Assembly: GCF_001194135.2 (NCBI RefSeq)
Contig: NC_068982.1
Span: forward strand, 110,425,669-110,489,668
DNA: 64,000 nt
Reading direction: 5' to 3'
From: Octopus bimaculoides
Taxonomy: Eukaryota
Position 1 is the first letter of the stretch; the number at the start of each line of letters is the position of its first letter. Made by a program: the position numbers and the translations under genes. Below are positions 25,201-39,400 of the stretch, piece after piece. The notes beneath the pieces are model-generated. The model searched no databases and had not been told where the DNA came from. It saw only the letters and a list, made by a program, of their open reading frames with translations.

Positions 25201-28200
25201 GTCTCAAGTTGGGGGATAACTCCTCCTACTGGTCATGAAGGCACTGAAAACTGTTGTGGGTACTGTTCTTTCTTCTCCAAGCCATTATAAAAATTCACCT
25301 TTTCTCTAGACACAGTGCATCTAAGACAACATCATCAAATGTGCAACTATTTTCTTTAAGAGAGTAGGTATGATTTGTGGGAGATTTAGCTGCTATTTCT
25401 TGCAGGTTGTATGATCGTGTATAGGCTACTATGTTGGCTTATGAATTTTATTATTTACTTTGAATCAGTAGAGCTAGAACTCCCTTCTTTTACAATGGTG
25501 ATAAATGGTAGAATTCATAGTGTGACAAATTACTAAATACTGCCTGGCAATATTTAGTTACATTTGCCTTTAATTCTTCTGAAGTAAAAAAATAAGTATC
25601 AGCCAAGTTCTGAGATTAATGAAATCAGCTACATTTCTTCCATAAATGTGTGATCTTGTGCCAGTATTATGAATCTATACTCGTCATCATCACTTTACAT
25701 CTGCCTTTTCATGCTTGAATGAATTAACCAGGTCTCACAGTATTTCACCTCCTGTCACAATCCTTAGTCATCCAATACACACAACAATAGAGAAAAATCA
25801 TCAAGCTCTGTGTACTACATTTGATTTTTAATTCGCTTTTAGAATGGTTTTTGTGTTGGATGTCGCTTATGTCACCAATCACTTTACGGTATGACTTGGA
25901 CACATTTTATCATGCTATCAGCCCTAGGGAGGTGATCTGTTGTCGACTAAAGTGTTACTTTACCTCAATTTTTATTTTTGAATTATTGTCCTAGATACAT
26001 TGCCTGCACAGTGGTTTATATTCATTTCTTTCTTTTTTGTTTGGTATTATTTAGTATGGATATCTTTCCTGTCACCAACCACTTTATCTTGTGGAATGGC
26101 TGCATTTTATCATACCACAGACTGTCTGTGGCTGGATTAAAAAACTTCTCCTTTGTGTTATATCATATTTTATGTTATATGTAACATCACAACAACAGAC
26201 TACTTTCTGATCTGTGTCAGATTGACAGAATGCAAAAGAAATCACTGCTTAGTACTGTCAGATAGATACTAAAATATAAGTGAACTCCTTGATTAAACTG
26301 AAAATGAATTGATTAAACGTATTTCAAAATGTATTTAATATTATCGTTAATGTATTCTTCATTTTTGTCATTTTAGGTCATCCAAAAATTTCATCAACTT
26401 TAGTAAAAGATAAATTTGTAAGCCTTGTTCAAACACACTTCATTCAGCGATGTTTGACACCAATGAGGGATAGCGGGGGTCGTGTTATCTCCCTTGGTAC
26501 ACCTGATGACCCCGACATTTGCCATGTAATTCCAGGTTAGTTCATTATCATCATCATTTTTTATGTCCACTTTTTCAGACTGGCATGAGTGGGATGGGAC
26601 TTTTTGAGGTAGTATTTTATGGTCAGATATCCTTCCTAATACCAATTCTTTTTGTTACCTCTAGCTATAGTAAAATCGTTAAAAAATCATGGAACCTTAG
26701 GTAAGTAGAACACAACTTATACTTGCTGTTGGATATGAACTCATGACTGTGGAACAAAAACTTTTGTATCTTATCATATTAGCTGTTGCTTTATAGATGT
26801 TACAATTGTTACAGTAACTATTGTTGTTTAGCCTTCAACCAGCCCTGATCAAGATGACCTGTTATCAAAAGGATGACATTTGATTCCAGCAGGATCATTC
26901 CATCTTTTTGTATATCAGGAACACTACATTGTCAATGTATCCTTCTTTATTTAAGATGGTAAGATGATGTTAGAAATTTGGTTGCTATTTCTAGCAAATT
27001 GAGTGACTATGCAGAAGTATGGTTTCTTATTACAGTGTAAAGTGAAGGGTTTTTAGCAAGGGGTGTGTGTGAATTTATACCTTTCTCAAAGGTATGGTAG
27101 ATGAAAGTGTAATGTTTTCGATTGAAACTGAAACTAGGTTCCAGATGTAGTTCACTAAGAACTTAACCACTATAGAACCTATGCCAATAAAGGAACCTTC
27201 ACAAAGTCACTCTACCTGTTAGAAATAGCAGTCAGATTCCTTCAAATCATACCTACCATCATAAAAAGGAAAGGGTACATTAGATCATGTAGTCTCAATA
27301 CACCAAAAGAAATTTGGAATATCAGCATTGCTGTGTGGTTAAGAAGTTTGCTTCACAATTATGTGATTTTAGGTTCAAACACCTATGCAGCACCTTCAAC
27401 TCGTGTCTTCTACTTCAGGCCCAGTTGATCAATGTTTTGTGAGTGAACTTGGTACACAGAAACTGTAGGATGTGTGTCATATATACATATACATGCATAT
27501 GAATCTATATGTGTGTATGTAAGTATATTTGTGTGTGTGCGCATGCAAATGTGTATAAATACTGATATCCCATCACTTTACTTGAGTGAAATAGTGAATG
27601 ATGTTTACATTCTATGTTGATATTGAGTGGTTGCTTTGTTTCTTTCAAAGACCTGTGGAACAAAAAAAATTCCTCACATTGAAAAGTAAGTAAGGATTGG
27701 TGACAAGAATAGTATCTGTCTTTAAAATCTTGCCTTGAATATGTCTCCATCCAGCCTATTCCTAGCATGGAAAAACAGACTTTGAACAAACAAGTATAGG
27801 TCTACTTCCTCAGAAGTTGACCAAAACAACATGACATTGTAACACCAATTGATACATGACATTACCAATGTTATGTGCCACTAAGATCAATCAAACAAAA
27901 TAGATCCCTACTGCTTTTTTTATGCTTGGTAGCCCTGACATGGTTTCTACAGTTGGATGCCCTTCCTAATGCCAGCCACTCCACAAAGTGTACTGGGTGC
28001 TTTTTATGTGGTACAAGCACCAGTGCTTTTAATGTGGAACCAGCATGAGTGCTATAAAATGCTAGCATGTTCTTGAATAGGTGGATTAGTTCTGTGTTTA
28101 TTGTGTTTATTTCTTTCAACAGTATGGTGTATTATACCCTGGTAACTATGGAAGGCAAGGTGATGTGCACCTTTACCAATTATATTTCTGTGCCAAACAC

Positions 28201-31200
28201 ACATTTTATCCCTAATGATATGATATAAAACATCAGCCTTTCAGCTTGTGTAAGCCAGCATACTCTTTTACTCTTTTACTTGTTTCAGTCATTTGACTGC
28301 GGCCATGCTGGAGCACCGCCTTTAGTCAAGAAAATCGACCCCAGGACTTATTCTTTGGAAGCCCAGTACTTATTCTATCAGTCTCTTTTGCTGAACCGCT
28401 AAGTTACGGGGACGTAAACACACCAGCATCGGTTGTCAAGCGATGGTGGGGGGGACAAACACAGACACACAAACACACATACATACATATATATATATAT
28501 ACATATATACGATGGGCTTCTTTCAGTTTCCGTCTACCAAATCCACTCACAAGGCTTTGGTCGGCCCGAGGCTATAGTAGAAGACACTTGCCCAAGGTGC
28601 CATGCAGTGGGACTGAACCCGGGACCATGTGGTTGGTAAGCAAGCTACTTACCACATTTTAAGCAATTACAACTTTCACAAAGAAATGTGTGTTGAGAAA
28701 CACTGTCTTTATTCATTGTGCCCTTCTTCTTTTCCAGTTAATACCCAAAGAAGGAGATCAGATAGTCCTCCATCTGCTAAAGCAATGAAGATCTCTGTAA
28801 GTTACAGCCATTCAATTTTACACCTTTTTCATACACTGAAATTTTCTAGTTCTTCATGTACTAAGTTATGTAGTGGCTGTGTTACTAGTTGTAATAGTAG
28901 TGGTGATGATACTGGTGGTAGTGGTAGCAGTGGTAGTAGTGGTAATGGTGGTGGTAACGGTAGTAGTGGTAGTAGTGGTGGTAGTAGTTATTGTGATTGT
29001 GGTGATGCTACTGGTAGTGGTAACAGGCAGTAGTAGTAGTTGTAAAGCTGGTGGTAGTCAAGGTAATAACAGCACTAGTGGTAGTGGTGGTGGTGATAAT
29101 AGTAGCAGTTGTAGTGGTGTTAGTGGTTGTTGTAACAGTAGTGGTGGTAGTAGTAGTTGTGATGGTGGTGATGCCACTGGTAATGGTAACAGGCAGTAAC
29201 AGTTGGTATGGTAGTAATAGTAACAGTAGCAGTGGTAACATTTGAAGTAGTGGTGATGCTGGTAGTGGTGGTAAGAGTGACAAATGTAGTAGTTATAGTA
29301 ATGGTGGTGTTGATGTTGGGTAGAAATTAAAGAAAATGTTTCTGCTTCTATTACACAGGAGAACAACACTGATACAGTTTACTGGCAAGTTGACTTTGAC
29401 CGTTTCCATCAGCACTTCCGTGACCAAGCCATCATTTCTGCTATGCTGAACAAAATTGATAAGGTTGGTTTCTTTGACCTTATGTGTGTGTCTGTGTGTG
29501 TGTTTGTATCGACATCGTGTAATGGTTGTAAATGCACATCGCCATCATGCAAGTGATGTTGTTTGTTTCCAATCTTCCTTGAAAATATGTTCAGCCTTGG
29601 GGAAATGATACCTTGTCTGGAAACAGATGAGGGATGGATGATGACAGGAAGGACATCTGGTCGTAGAAAATCTATCTCAACAAATTTCATCTGAATCATA
29701 CAAACATGGAAAAGTGGGCATTAAACGCTGATGATGATGATGACCATTCAAGCGTGGCTGATGCCAGTGCCATCTGACTGGCACCTGTGCTGGTGGTATG
29801 TAAAAAGCACCATTTGAACATAGCCGATGCCATTGCCACCCAACTGGCACCTGTGCTGGAGGCATGTAAAAAGCACCATCCGAGTGTGGCCAATGCCAGT
29901 GCTGTCTGACTGGCCCCTATGCTGGTGGCATGTAAAGAGCACCATTCAAGTGTGGCTGATGCCAGTGCTGCCTGGCTGGCTCCCATGCCGGTAGCACGTA
30001 AAAAACACCCACTACACTCTCAGAGTGGTTGGCATTAGGAAGGGCATCCAGCTGTAGAAACCTTGCCAAACCAGATTGGAGCCTAGTGCAGCCTCCTGAC
30101 TTGCCAGTTCTCAGTCAAATTGTGCAACCCATGTCCAAATGGAAAGTGGACGTTAAACAATGATGATGATGATATATACATGCCAGAACAGACAATGGAG
30201 ACTGGTGTGGCCCCTGGCCTTAACAGTTCCGGTCAGACCGTCCAACACATGCCAGCATAGAAAACGGATGTTAAATGATAATGATGTATATAAAAAGAGA
30301 AAGAGAAAGAGGACTCTTTCACTTTTGCCAAGGACATGACAACCTCTCTAATGTGGTGCAAGTAGGTGCAAGCATGGCCATTTAATTAACAAGAATTATG
30401 GTTGAAAAATAGGCTGATGCTGGTGTTACATAACTGGTACCCATGCTGCTGGTATCTAAAAAGCACCTTTCAAGCATTGGGCTTCATGGAGGCAAAGTGG
30501 CTGATGTCGGTGGCATGTAAAAAGCTCCTTTTGAGTGTTGGGCCTCACGGAAGCAATGACTGAGACCTTTGGCATTATGTTGTGCTTGAGAAGAAGGTGC
30601 CATAGGGTTGAACTTGAAACCACATGGTTGTGTAGCAAAATTTTTAACCACGCAATCATACTCTTTTACTCTTTTTTTACTCTTTTATTTGTTTCAGTCA
30701 TTTGACTGCGGCCATGCTGGAGCACCGCCTTTAGTTGAACAAATCGACCCCAGGACTTATTCTTTGGAAGCCTAGTACTTATTCTATCGATGTCTTTTGC
30801 CGAACCGCTAAGTTACGGGGATGTTAACACACCAGCATCGGTTGTCAAGCGATGTTGGGGGGACAAACACAGACACACAAACACACACATACACATATAT
30901 ATATATATACATATATACGACGGGCTTCTTTCAGTTTCCGTCTACCAAATCCACTCACAAGGCTTTGGTCGGCCCGAGGCTATAGTAGAAGACACTTGCC
31001 CAAGGTGCCACGCAGTGGGACTGAACCTGGAACCATGTGGTTGGTAAGCAAGCTACTTACCACACAGCCACTTCTGCGCCTATATGGATGTTGATATTCT
31101 ATGCTTCTAATCACTTGAATGAAATAATGATGATGTTTATATTCTTTGTTGACATTATGACTAATTGTAGATATTACAAAAAATAAGGTTTTGGTTCTAG

Positions 31201-34200
31201 TGATGATGTAAATATGCTCCTAAAATTTCTTAATTCTGACTTGAAATTCATGTTTTATTTTTCTAGAAAGCTTCTGAAATAATCCGCACCATGCTTCGGG
31301 TTAGTGAGACTAACACTGCTGCTGATTCCCTTGTTACCACACCAATCTCCATTAATGAGGTAAGATCTAAATATTCTGCATTTGCTGTGTCTAATGAAAC
31401 TATATGCAAGATGTAAATGAACAAAGCTCCACAGTGGAGAGTTGTTGTTATTGCTTGCCAAGTTAATCTTGATTAAGTAGATCTAAATCAAAAATGTTCC
31501 AGCCATGGTCATCTTGTTTATTTATTATCCAAGACTACATTATCCAATGTGTCCTTCCTCCTTTATGATATGATCTGAGGGAATTGCGGCTGCTATTTCA
31601 AGCAGGTTGACATACGAAAGCTCACCCATTAGCAGTTGTTTTTGTTGTTTAGCCTCAAGTCTGCTCTGATTGAGTAAATTAAAGGCTTTCCAACTGTGAA
31701 CCTTTCACCTTATTAGTTTTACTCAGAATAATGAGGCCTACATTTTCCACTGTGTCCTTTTTTCTTTAAGATGACAGTAATTTGAGGGAGATCTAGCTAC
31801 TATTTCTAGCAGGTTGTACCTCCATGTATAGCCTCACTCATTGGCTCATAGATGGTTGTATTGCTGATGTTGTTGCTCTTCTTATTGTTCAACCCTTAAA
31901 GTCAATGTACCTTCCCTTCTTTAACCCTTCTGTTACTATATGTATCTTGAAATACACTGCATTTGTTATAATTAATTTTGAAAATGATGTATTTAGTAAA
32001 ATAATTTAGTCATTATTTACCTGGTGTTTAGAATATAAATAAACAGGAAATTATGAAGGACGGTTTCAATTTAGATCACTTTAAATGGGATGTTTGTATT
32101 CTAGAACCAGGGTGGTCTGAGGTAGGTTGGTATGAAGAGGATTGAGATAATAGAATTTACATGAGATGTAGCTACCATTTCTGGTAATGAGCATAAAGAA
32201 GCTTCATTTGCTTGACAGTAATGAGAACTTCGGTATTCTAGACAATCAACGATTACTTAGGACCAATGTATTTTTTGGTGCCATAGAGAAAGGTAAGTTA
32301 CCTTGATGCCATTTTGCTGATATTGGTCTATTTTGTTCAACTACAAAGCAAGTTCATTTTTTTTTTTATTGGAGAGGAATATAAGCTATTAAATTATCCC
32401 CAGTATATTACTGATATTTATTTTGATAGACCTTGAAATGTGTGCTAAAAACAATGGCAAACTAACTCTTGAAAAGTTAGTTCCACAAACCATCTTCACT
32501 ACTTTGGTGTTCAGTAATGTTTAGACTATGAGACCCTCCGAAGATGCTGAACCTTTGCATGAATTGTAGATGTCGCCTGTATGAGTTTCTAGGATCCTAT
32601 GTTCATTGCTACGTTGGTGGAAATGAGAGAGAGAGAGAGAACCACACACACACACACACACAGATAAATAGATAAACATACTACACACACATACATTTAT
32701 ATATGTATAAAAAAGAATAAGTTTTTCTTTGAACACCCAAGTGTAAGTTTAAAGAAAAGAAGTGGAAAATGTACTTTAAGAAACTTTATTTAAAATTGCT
32801 TAACCTATTTCACAATTTTCATGATTTTAAAAAGTAGTGAAATATAGACAGTCCTGGGGTTATACTGTATTTGTCTTAGTGAGTATTTGTCATATTTGAT
32901 TGACAGTGCTAGCTGTCAAAATAAACTGGGTGTCTGAGTTTCTCTGTTAATCTTCCACTGCACCTCTTGTGTGTACATAGTTTGCACTAAGTATACCATA
33001 TGGAATTTTCACTGACACCTTTTTACTTATTGAACAGGGTCGTTTTCCAAAGAGATTAGCATACTGTCTGTTTTTTACTAGAACTTTGGTCTTTTTGCTA
33101 ATTTAACTTTAAGACTTTTTGATTCCAGGTTTTGTTACCAGACCTGGTTGGTATATATATCATCATCATGATCATTTAACATCCGCTTTCCATGCTGGCA
33201 TGGGTTGGACGGTTTGACTGAGGACTGGCAAGCCAGGAGGCTGCACCAGGCTCCAATCTAATCTGGCAAGGTTTCTACAGTTGGATGCCCTTCCTAATGC
33301 CTGAGAGTGTAGTGGGTGCTGTTTATGTGCCACCGGCACGGGAGCCAGGCAGGTGGCACTGGCATCAACCACACTCGAATGATGCTTTTTACATGGCACT
33401 GGCATCGGCCATGCTCAAATTGTGCATTTTATGTGCCGCTGGCATCAGTGCCAGTCAGGCAGCACTGGCATTGGCCACAACAATAATGTCACTTGACTCA
33501 ACAGGTCTTCTTAAGTGCAGGATAGTGCCTGGCAATTGAAGGGTATATCCTAAATGGGCCAGTTATGCGACACTTGCATTGGCCACGGCTACGATCTCAC
33601 TTGGCTTGCCGGGTCTTCTCAAGCACAGCATATCTCCAAAGGTCTCAGTTGCTTGTCATTGCCTCTGTGAGGCCCAATGTTTGAAGGTCATGCTTCACCA
33701 TCTCATCTCAAGTCTTCCTGGGTTTACCTCTTCCACAGGTTTCCTCCACTGTTAGGGTGTGACACTTCTTCACACAGCTGTCCTCATCTACACGCAACAC
33801 ATGACCATACCAGTGCATGTTTTTGAATAAATTCTTGCATAAAAAATCATTATTTTAACATGGTGCACAAACTTTTTCTTCAGCCTAGTATTAATATCCT
33901 TATCTTTCTTTATTAGATATTCATCAATCTTCCTAAGGAACTTGAAATTACAAAACCCATCCTTGAGCAGTACCTCTCTGTCATGTGTGATGATGTACGT
34001 AAACAACTTTTCTCTCGTTTCTTCCATTTCTTTTCTGATATTCTTGTATTGACGTTTTGTCCAAAATAAAAAAAAAAGAAACAAACGTAAAACTATCAAA
34101 CAACTCTAAATATTAGCAACCATATCTATGTAGGTAGGTATGTATTGTATGTTATATGAATGTACTCAAGTTATTTAGCCCCAGGTCAACCCTAATTAGG

Positions 34201-36413
34201 AAGATCTATGATTGAAGGCCTTTCAACTGTGATCATCCCATCTTTTTTTAGATGTATATAGCATCTAAGAAAGCATTGATGCCTCTTGCACCCAATTTTT
34301 CTCTTAAAACATTACATTTTGTCATACATGCACACTGATATTGCATATCCAGTGGAGCATACTGGCTGAATTTCTTTCATGTCTACACACGTTCTCTGCA
34401 GTCACAGCCCATGTTTCACCACCATAGCTGCCCATAAACAAGCATCATGCAATGCCTTTCACTCTGAGGGAGAGGCTCTTTGTTACCTCCTCCATTGCTG
34501 ACTTGGTTGCTTAGGTAATGGAAGCTATAACTGGAATCTCTCAGGCATGGGATCTGTGTTGATTGGCCTTTGTCAGATGTAAACACAGGCATTGATCAAA
34601 AGATGTAAGAGCAGGTAGCTTGAATCAAATATCTGTTAGATTTCACCATCATCATAATCTCATGTCCACTTTCCACCCTGGCATGGGTATGATAGGCTAC
34701 AATAGCCTGAGATGGGTTGGGGAGCATGTCTTGCTTGCACTTATTATTTTGGCAAGATTTCTTTTGGCTGGATGTTCTTATAACACCAACCACTTTACAG
34801 AGTGTACTAGGTGCAGTTTATTGTGGCATTAACATTAAAGAGGGTGTCATGTCTTCTGCAAAACAGGATCAAAGGGTCCTCTCAACATTATGTCGTTTCT
34901 GCTCATTCACTAATCATTTTACAAAGTGTATGGAGTGGGTTTTATCAAGGTGCCAACACTAGTGGAGACGAAAAGGGTCCTTGCCACTGTGCGTTGTCTC
35001 TGTTCAGGACAATATGACCAATAGAGTGGGTAGGGCATAAAGTGACTGCAGTAGATGAAGCAGGATGGGGGAGTTGAAAGAGAAAGAAATCTGAGTATGA
35101 GAGGGAGACAGTGGTCAAGAGACAGAGATGTAGTCAAATATTTATCCCCACTTGTGTGTGGTTGTTCTGTTAGAACAAACTATACTGTGGTAGATACCTT
35201 GAGAGAAACTCTCATATTGGCTTTTGGTGCAAAAAGCACTCTTGTTTATATTGCTAGCAGGGAGATAAATCCCCTTATATGATTTAGTCAACTATATTAC
35301 AACCCTATGAGTTGTTGTTGTTGATGATAATGATGCTGTTGTTTCTGTTCTGATTGAGCTGACTTATGATTAAAGGCATTTCAACCACAATTATCCTATA
35401 TCTCATTTAGTTTTTATATATAAGATTACATTGCAAAATTCATTTATAAAGATACTAAGTGGTGGTGGGGGAATTGGTTTTATTTTGTGTAGGTGCAGCC
35501 AACATAGAGACTACCTCAGAGCCTGTCAATTGTAGAGAAAAGGATAAATTATCCTTAATGGAATCATTTGAGAATTAGTGTTGAATAACTTAGGCTCTGT
35601 TCCTACTTTAATCTATGTTTTGTTGTCTTTTTTTTCCCTTGTAGTCCCAGTTTGTGTTTAAAGCTGCAGACGCTGGCGGAGGAATGTATGAAATAAGTAT
35701 CCTTTCTAGTGAAATCCATCCTCTTTGATGTAGACAATGGTTGCTTTTATAAATCATGTTATGGTTTATTTATTGCATTATATATCATTTTTTTCTTTTA
35801 TGCTGACATGGCTCTGATGTTAATTATTATTATGATTATGGAAGAGGTGGTGGTGTTGAATAAGGTCTATAGCTTATGCTCAAGTCAGCAGTGAAACAAT
35901 TTTAATTTAAAAACACCAGGAAATTGGGTCCAGCAAAGCACAAAATTTCACTCATAATTATGCATGATTATGTGGTCATTAATGTATTATCATAATTATC
36001 TTATTCTCACAAACTCTGTTTATATTATAATAATTTTGTTCTCTTAACTGATTGACACCAGATATTCATAAATCTTTGACAGAACTCTGTAAAAGTCATA
36101 TTGAATCAGTTGTTCAAGAAAGGTAAGTTAATAATTTTGGTTTTGTTGTTCTTATAGCTGTTGTACTTACATACAAAGTACGTTGCTGTACATACAAGTA
36201 CATTGTTTATACAATGTACTTTTATAAACAGCATATATATGCTGATTATAAAAGTATTTTGTATGTTGTATATATATATGTGTACTTATTTTGTGTACAT
36301 ATATATCACTGTTCTGACATGTTGTGCTTACATACACTTGTATAAATATCTGTTGTACTTACAAATGCATTTGTTGTGTGTGTGTACTATTGTATATATT
36401 GTGTATGTACTAT

Positions 36414-36449
<36 letters not shown>

Positions 36450-39400
36450 TCACTAGAAAGTGAAAAGAGGAAGTTTTCTTGGAGTGTCCTGTTTATATAG
36501 CCATGAAGCAGGGCAGTGAGTGCAAAGGATTTAGCTTGTTTACCTCAATTCTAGATGGAGCAGAAGAGGTCAGAAAAGGGTCAAGTGGTGGAGACCGCTT
36601 CGGCCTAGCTATTCAAATATGGGTAAAGTGGATCAAATCCACTTCACGCCTGCCAGGTTCCTATATATATATATATACATATTGTATAAATGTATATGTT
36701 TGTTGTTCATATATAGACTTCTTGTATATACATCTGTTATACATATATATGTGTACTTACTTGTATTGTACTCATGTACACCTGCTGTACAAACAAATGT
36801 ACAAGTATCTATTACATTATACACCACCTAGGCCTGTACTTTCACACATGTCCAGGTGGATAATTTTCTCCCAGGATTTACTCCATAGCAAAAGGTTTTG
36901 TTACATTTGAATACCCTTGAATGTGTTGAATATAACTTTACACAAATATATTTTATTCAATGCTGCTTTGGGCAACATTATTTAATTCTAGCTTAACCAA
37001 GCTTTATGCTCATCAGAAAATATTTCATATGCTGTTTTAAGAAATATTTTGTTCTTATTGTGCTGTGTGTGACAGATTTGGTTTTCATAGCTGATGAAGT
37101 TGAATGATGCAGAAACACATCAAAAAAATCTGTTTCCACACGTCCAGGCGGAGAATTTTCTCCCAAGATTATCTCTACAGTAAAAGGTCTTGTATCTGAA
37201 TACACTCATCATCATCAGCATATGGGTTGAACGGTTTGGTTGATAACTGGTAAGCTGGGGAACTGCACCAGGTTCTGATCTGATCTGGCAAGGTTTTTAC
37301 GGGTGGATGCCTTTCCTAACACCAACCCCTCCAAGAGTGTAGTGGGTGTTTTTTACGTTCCACCAGCGCAAGTGCCATTGACATGACACGGGCATCAGCC
37401 ACGACCATGATCTCACTTGGCTTGACAGGTCTACACAAGCACAGTATATTGCCAAAGGTCTCAGTCGTCTGTCACTGCCTCCACAAAGCCCAATGCTTGA
37501 ACAGTGTTTTTTATGTGCCACTGACACGGGTGCCAGTCAGATGGCACTGGCATTGGCCATGACTATGATTTCACTTGGCTCAACCGGTCTTCTCAAGAAC
37601 AGCATATTGCCCAATATTTGAAGGGTGTTTTTTATGTGCTTTTTACTCAAGTATGTTAGATATGACTTTGCATGAATATATTACACATATTTGCTTTACA
37701 TACATCTGTTAGGTTTACACATATCTACTGTACTTATATTTGCTGACATATATATCTATTGTAAATACATGTTTATGTTATATTCATATTAAATCTATTT
37801 TATTAACTGAGATATAATCAAGAATTATGAAATATATATAACTTTGGTAGGATATCCTTATCATTTTTATTAGTTTGAAAATGAACTTTACTCTGTAATT
37901 CCTTCGTTAAACCTCACTGTGTATGATACCACTTACTTCCACTTCCTCTCCATTTCTTAACATTCTCACTGATGTCATATTATGAATCCACTTTAAGGTT
38001 TGGCTCTAAAAGTCTTCGGATATTCAGGATACTCTTACTGAAACAACATCTAGAACAAAAACAGGTAAATATTTATTTTTCATCTCATTTTCTTCTTTTT
38101 TAAACCGTTTTGTTATCTATTTTTCCATAGTTGTCATGAATGAGATGGATTTTAATAAACCTGGATAGTTGTTATATATATTGCTGCAATTATTTATTTC
38201 ACAGTTGATGTATGTAAATCTTACCACTAAACAATCAGTGGTATGTAAGGATGGGATTTGTTGCCAGACAGGTAGACATAACCCAGCATAGCTATTGAAC
38301 TTGATGAAAAAAACAACATAATAATTGCAGGCATGGCCATAAGGTCTGGGTTCAATTCTACTGTACAACTTGGGAAATTATCTTCTATCAAATCATCAGA
38401 TTGGCCTAAGACCTGTGAATGAAATTGATTACACAAAAACTGTGTGGAAGCCAGTTGGATGGATTGTACTTGTTTTTAGGTTGTGGACTGGATCTGCCCT
38501 AATCTGTTGTTTAACACTGGCCTTTGTGTACTTTTAGTGGAATCCACTCTGTTGCAAGCATTCAGACCAAGTCTCCCTTCCTTTCTGTCAACAATCTTGG
38601 AAGCTTTGTAAAAAGATCCTTTCCTTCTCTGATGAAAGGCCTAATACAAAAAAGTGTAAAGTTTGAATCTATGGCCTTGTTATCCAGCACCTCAACTTTA
38701 TAGCTATTTGTATCTCATTTAAATCTTGTTAATTGAGTGGGTTGTATCAAGTGCTATACTATGATGAATTATATTTGTAAGGACTTTAATTATCTTCACA
38801 TTTAACCCTTCTGAAATCAGTAATTTCAGTGATTTTAATATACCAAAGTTGATTTAAGGGATTATGTTCCTTTTTCTCACAGATTTGTTAAAAGAATTAT
38901 GAACTGCATGAGCTGAATAAATTAAGACACACTCTCTCAAGTACTTTCCACTACAGTAAAACCCAACTCTTCACTCAAATATAGTATGACCCAAAGAGGA
39001 TATAGTACTGATCCTTACTCCTGCACAAATATCCAAATTTGGTAGAATTGTGAAAATAGAAATTTATATAATTTCATTTTCATGTTTCAGATTGAAGAAT
39101 ATGCCATGATTCCTGCCAAAGAAGTCAAAGAAATTATGTATAATATGTTTGCTGATGGTTTTCTATTTGTCACGGTATGTTATTTACTTTTCTAAATATT
39201 TTTTATTGTTTCTATGTTGGTTTATGTAAGAGTTAGTTGGTGTTTGTTCTCCCTCAGTTGTTGAAACTCTAGGTCAGTCCTATTAGAGCAGACTTATGAT
39301 CAAAGGCATTTTAACCTTGACCTCTCCATCTTTCATGGAGTGTTCATTTAGGTCTAGTGTATCTTGCACTAGATTATCTTATGTACCCTTTTCTTTTTGA

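Noticed and set aside
28873-29369. Val-, Thr- and Gly/Ser-rich ORFs
   Set aside because: Products of the (GGT/AGT)n intronic tract; no splice or homology support.
18200-30000. CRISPR-like reading of the 42-bp and 66-bp arrays
   Set aside because: Contiguous tandem units with no unique spacers, in a eukaryotic retroelement context with no cas genes.
28433-31094. ORFs such as 28433-28639, 30790-31047 and 30852-31094 (also 43133-43417, 50318-50691)
   Set aside because: Translations of SINE family A copies; the same peptide recurs at every copy.
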